Shown here one piece after another: positions 63,009 to 64,000 of a stretch of DNA of 64,000 bases. The translations under genes were made by a program, and so were the position numbers. The notes beneath the pieces are model-generated. The model had not been told where the DNA came from. It saw only the letters and a list, made by a program, of their open reading frames with translations, and ran no database searches. The DNA lies in IMG/VR virus record IMGVR_UViG_3300028829_003504, positions 124,001-188,000 of that record, one strand, 5' to 3'. Positions within the stretch are counted from its first letter, which is position 1; the number at the start of each line of letters is the position of its first letter.

Positions 63009-64000
63009 ATGGCTATTTCCCGCGAGCCCCGCGCTGCCTTCCCAAAACTCACACTGCAAGCAACACGCTCCCAGATTAAAGTACTACGCAGTATGATAAA
63101 GCGTGCCTCTGAAATATACGTATGGACTATTGAGAAACACCAGTCTAACTACTTCACTGATGATAGCCAGCTACCTATTTACATCGACAGACTCTACGCT
63201 AATGATCCACTTGAATGGTTTCCCAGAGAACTTTTCTTAAACATCTTACGTCGAGGTAGAATGCACTACTTATCCTCGCCTGATGCAAAAGCCCAAGTCC
63301 CCAGAGGCTGGAGCTTACCTTTCCAATTCAAAGACTTCAAAGTACGGTCATTAGGTATAGACTTTACCTTACTGGAAGAAGTTCCCCACCTTGAGAAAAC
63401 CTTTATACCCTCAACTAATACAAACAAACAATTAAAGTTAAGCGAAGCCATGACCACTGGTTGGTGTCTTTTAAAGTACACTAAATTTAATGACCAGCTC
63501 CGTATTACACACGAACGATTCCGTAATATGGGCATGCGCTCCGACGTAGTTGCAGAAGATACTATGTGTTACGGATCTATCTCAATAAGCACCAAGGAGC
63601 TAAAGCTACTGGAGGACACAGCTAAGATAATAGGACCTGTCCGTAAGATTATTATTAATAGTATGTTCGACCACCACGAAGCAACTGGTAAATACCCAAC
63701 ATGGAATACTATTAAGAAAGAGTTACCCTTGATTAAGCACCAACTAGACTCGTCCCAGTTAGAGTTGTACTCTGCGGCCATCAGTGCCTCTTTCTATCAT
63801 ACGGCTATGCAGGCCTTACATAAATTTCATACTGAGGGCGATGCTAAGTTCTGGTACAGCGCCTTGGATAGAGTTAGCTTGTTAGTCGAGACCCCTGCCA
63901 AATACCTAGAGCGCGGTTCTATACACATACCTAAATTTGCACGTAGACCCTACATGACCTATAAGCGCCAGCTCTACTTAAACATAGAGGAAACTGTAAA
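63009..64000 (+). CDS. Partial ORF (>330 aa) resembling tandem TnpB N-terminal (WED/REC) domains
   Basis: ATG at 63009, open to the window end (MAISREPRAAFPKLTLQATRSQIKVL...); not in the ORF track. The ORF is clear; the TnpB resemblance is by eye. Confidence 0.6.
   Translation, partial: MAISREPRAAFPKLTLQATRSQIKVLRSMIKRASEIYVWTIEKHQSNYFTDDSQLPIYIDRLYANDPLEWFPRELFLNILRRGRMHYLSSPDAKAQVPRGWSLPFQFKDFKVRSLGIDFTLLEEVPHLEKTFIPSTNTNKQLKLSEAMTTGWCLLKYTKFNDQLRITHERFRNMGMRSDVVAEDTMCYGSISISTKELKLLEDTAKIIGPVRKIIINSMFDHHEATGKYPTWNTIKKELPLIKHQLDSSQLELYSAAISASFYHTAMQALHKFHTEGDAKFWYSALDRVSLLVETPAKYLERGSIHIPKFARRPYMTYKRQLYLNIEETV

Noticed and set aside
63266-63781. Two short minus-strand ORFs at the right end
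   Set aside because: Shadows of the long plus-strand ORF starting at 63009.

Overview
This 64 kb window looks like part of a large (jumbo-type) dsDNA tailed-phage genome: dense, mostly minus-strand genes, moderately AT-rich, no host housekeeping operons. All calls are by-eye motif recognition; nothing was computed or searched. It holds (1) replication and recombination genes: DnaB helicase, a two-subunit GyrB/GyrA-like type IIA topoisomerase lacking the GyrA C-terminal domain, RecA, a gp32-like SSB, DnaG primase, a Cas4-like exonuclease, a RuvC-like resolvase, and one clear plus one divergent sigma factor. (2) A ~19 kb accessory block with UvsE, NADAR, a HAD phosphatase and many small unknowns. 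(3) The strongest candidate system, a DNA hypermodification operon at 46.6-52.0 kb: ParB-like protein, a C5 cytosine transferase with motif X GNSV changed to GRSV (carboxymethyltransferase signature), CmoA carboxy-SAM synthase, a DUF1611/DgcN-like protein and a glutaminase-less asparagine-synthetase-like amide ligase. (4) A 1.3 kb ORF-free cassette at 39.45-40.74 kb packed with structured RNAs: tRNA-Lys(UUU), two aberrant tRNA-like RNAs and about six long-stem RNAs, with its own promoters and terminator. (5) Three recurring promoter classes, one with a conserved box near -55 and no -35. (6) A probably dead ligase adenylation domain, and a partial ORF at the right edge that resembles duplicated TnpB N-terminal domains behind a structured 750 nt non-coding region.
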